This document shows, piece after piece, positions 45,842 through 47,686 of a stretch of 47,686 nt of DNA. The position numbers and the translations under genes were made by a program. The notes under the pieces are model-generated. The model did not search any database and was not told the origin of the DNA. It worked only from the letters and a program-made list of their open reading frames with translations. Position 1 is the first letter of the stretch, and each line of letters starts with the position of its first letter. Where the stretch lies: assembly GCA_037446635.1 (NCBI GenBank), contig JBBIIG010000015.1, forward strand, positions 32,060 to 79,745, written 5' to 3'. Origin of the DNA: a bacterium. GTDB taxonomy: Bacteria; Zhuqueibacterota; Zhuqueibacteria; Oceanimicrobiales; Oceanimicrobiaceae.

Positions 45842-46900
45842 CTACTCTCCCACCCGCATCTCCACTCCCGGCAGCGTGCGCACGTAATGCTCGCCCATCA
45901 CTTCGGCTGGGGTGTGCACGCCGGGATCGATTTCGTATTTCAACAAATATTCCACAATGCCCAGCGCGGCGTGTACCGTCACCACGTAGCCGTTGGGCGT
46001 GATCAACTGCGCCGCTTTTTTTTCGCCGGCGGCGTTGGAAACTTCTCCCCAAATATAACACTTGGTGTTGACCCGTTCAACCACGTCTGGGCCGCGGCTG
46101 TGAGTCGCGATTTTGTTTTTCAAATATGTTTGCACCGCGTTCGAGCCCAGCAGCGATCGCAAGGGCCGCGCCAGCTTCATTTTCGTGATCTCGGATTTTG
46201 GGAACGCTTTATAAACTTCGATGTTGGGAATGCCGGTGGTGTAGTACGCCGTGGAGACGTCGCCCCAGGGAATGGTGGCGGCCATCTTCGTTCCGTGTGG
46301 GAAAGGAATCTCCCGAACTTTGTACGCCAGCGGCACCTGTTTGATGACGCCGTTTTCGCGGATCCGGCCGCCTACTTTGATTCCTTCGATCATAGTTTGC
46401 GCGGTGCCTTTGCTGGGCCGGCCCTCGGCGTCGAACGCTAAAACGAGGTGAGTGGCGTCGGGCAGAAATTTTTTGAGATTGAGGGCGAGGCAATCGGTGG
46501 GCACGACGTCGAAGCCGACGCCGGGCATGAGGAAAATGCCGCGTTTCACCGCGAGGTCGTGCAGGCGGCGGATGCTTTCAAAAACTTCAATTTCGCCGGT
46601 GATGTCCAAGTAATTGGTTTTGGCGGCGAGGCAGGCGTTGACCATGGGCTCGCTGGTGGCGGAAAACGGCCCCGCGCAGTGCAGCACAATCTCAACTTGT
46701 GAAAGGGCATCGATCATGTAAGCGGGAGAGTCGAGCGTGAAAATGCGAAACTCACAGCCCAGCTCGCGCGCCAGCGCCGAGACCACCGGCTGATCGCGGC
46801 CGGCAAGAATCGGCTGCAAGTTTCGTTTTTGGGCCTCGCGGGCGATGAGTTCCCCGGTGTAGCCGTTGGCCCCGTAGATCATCCATTTTTTATTTGGCAT
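45842..46900 (-). CDS. Saccharopine dehydrogenase-like NAD(P)-dependent oxidoreductase
   Basis: IYGANGYTG, LAGR, HCAGPF, YLDITGE, GVGFDVVPTDCLA, IPWGDVSTAY. Confidence 0.92.
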   Translation of the reverse strand: MPNKKWMIYGANGYTGELIAREAQKRNLQPILAGRDQPVVSALARELGCEFRIFTLDSPAYMIDALSQVEIVLHCAGPFSATSEPMVNACLAAKTNYLDITGEIEVFESIRRLHDLAVKRGIFLMPGVGFDVVPTDCLALNLKKFLPDATHLVLAFDAEGRPSKGTAQTMIEGIKVGGRIRENGVIKQVPLAYKVREIPFPHGTKMAATIPWGDVSTAYYTTGIPNIEVYKAFPKSEITKMKLARPLRSLLGSNAVQTYLKNKIATHSRGPDVVERVNTKCYIWGEVSNAAGEKKAAQLITPNGYVVTVHAALGIVEYLLKYEIDPGVHTPAEVMGEHYVRTLPGVEMRVGE

Positions 46901-46908
46901 AAGTTTCT

Positions 46909-46987
46909 CGCGTAGCGCAAAGCGCAGAGAGCAGAGCGAAAAACGGCAGATTCTATTCGCTTTGCGTCAGGCGCTCAGCGCTTTGCC
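46909..46987. repeat. Inverted pair of degenerate 7-mer arrays (CGCAAAG / CTTTGCG)
   Basis: cgcgtag cgcaaag cgcagag agcagag facing ctattcg ctttgcg tcaggcg ctcagcg ctttgcc. Confidence 0.65.
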
Positions 46988-47453
46988 TCAAATCCAGTTC
47001 CATAAATTTTGCGCCATCGATGGGATTGTGACGGTAGGGCGCGATGGGTTTGAACCGCAACGATTCGTACAACGCAATGGCCGACGTCATCGATGGCAGG
47101 GTGTCCAGCCGCATGAAGCGGTAACCGAGGGCACGGGCCTCGGCAATGACGGTCAGCGCCAGCGCCTTGCCAAATCCTTTGCCGCGGAATTTCGCACGCA
47201 CGTAGAGGCGCTTCATTTCACAAACGCCATCGGAGATTTTACGCAGCGCCACACAGCCGGCGATTTCGTCATCGAGAAACGCCAATAACAGATCGCCGTC
47301 GGGCGGCGCGTATTCTCCCGGCAGATTCTGCAACTCCTCTTCAAAATTTTGAAATGAAAGATCGATACCCAATGACTCGGCGTATTCGCGAAACAGGATT
47401 CGCGCTTGCTCGAGGGTCTCGTTCGTGACGCAAGTGAGCGTTAGGATTTGCAA
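46953..47453 (-). CDS. GNAT family N-acetyltransferase
   Basis: [47 protein letters not shown]; start TTG 47453 or GTG 47471. Confidence 0.93.
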   Translation of the reverse strand: MQILTLTCVTNETLEQARILFREYAESLGIDLSFQNFEEELQNLPGEYAPPDGDLLLAFLDDEIAGCVALRKISDGVCEMKRLYVRAKFRGKGFGKALALTVIAEARALGYRFMRLDTLPSMTSAIALYESLRFKPIAPYRHNPIDGAKFMELDLRQSAERLTQSE

Positions 47454-47520
47454 AACGGCGCCTATTTCCACAACAAAATCAGAGTTCCCAAACTAAAATT
47501 CGGAAATTGAATATTGAATT

Positions 47521-47686
47521 TTATTTGTTATTTGATTTTTGTTTTTTGGGATTTACAAACGCCTCCGCCTCGATCTCCACCAGCATCTCCGGCGAAATGA
47601 GCCGGCTGACTTCCACCATGCTGGTGGAGGGCCGGATGCTTCCAAAAAATTATCAATAAACTTTGCCAAATTTCTCCCACTCATCG
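47521..47686 (-). pseudogene. RidA/YjgF-family C-terminal fragment with two in-frame stops, at the window edge
   Basis: DEWEKFGKVY**FFGSIRPSTSMVEVSRLISPEMLVEIEAEA. Confidence 0.75.

Noticed and set aside
47653..47655. Selenocysteine TGA in the RidA-like fragment
   Set aside because: Followed immediately by TAA and not at a Cys position

Overview
Bacterial chromosomal segment from a diderm, probably of FCB/KSB1/Calditrichota-like affinity (inferred from PorV-like barrels, NYPNPFNP-type secretion tails and a TonB receptor). 1-16.5 kb is the distal part of a surface-polysaccharide locus: 2 SAM methyltransferases, 3 GT4s, a Wzy-like polymerase, asnB, a bi-domain oxidoreductase broken by an internal deletion, an alpha/alpha-barrel-like protein, DUF354, a priming phosphoglycosyl transferase and wecB. 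An antitoxin, a decayed RelE/ParE toxin and tRNA-Thr(CGT) follow. 17.7-30 kb is an envelope/secretion cluster: PorV/PorQ-like barrel, mscL, DUF3078, a large repeat protein with a T9SS/FlgD-type tail, and a coupled pair of a VWA-DUF11 adhesin-like cargo plus a PorV-like barrel fused to OmpA and LysM domains, which is the best candidate for an undescribed system. 30-47.7 kb holds housekeeping and transport genes, an unannotated 33-aa membrane peptide unit with a sigma54-type promoter, a cobalamin riboswitch-btuB unit and a compact Dam plus PD-(D/E)XK module. Intergenic regions carry many short tandem arrays, REP-like palindromes and nested miniature elements. No CRISPR array, integrase or intact transposase was seen.
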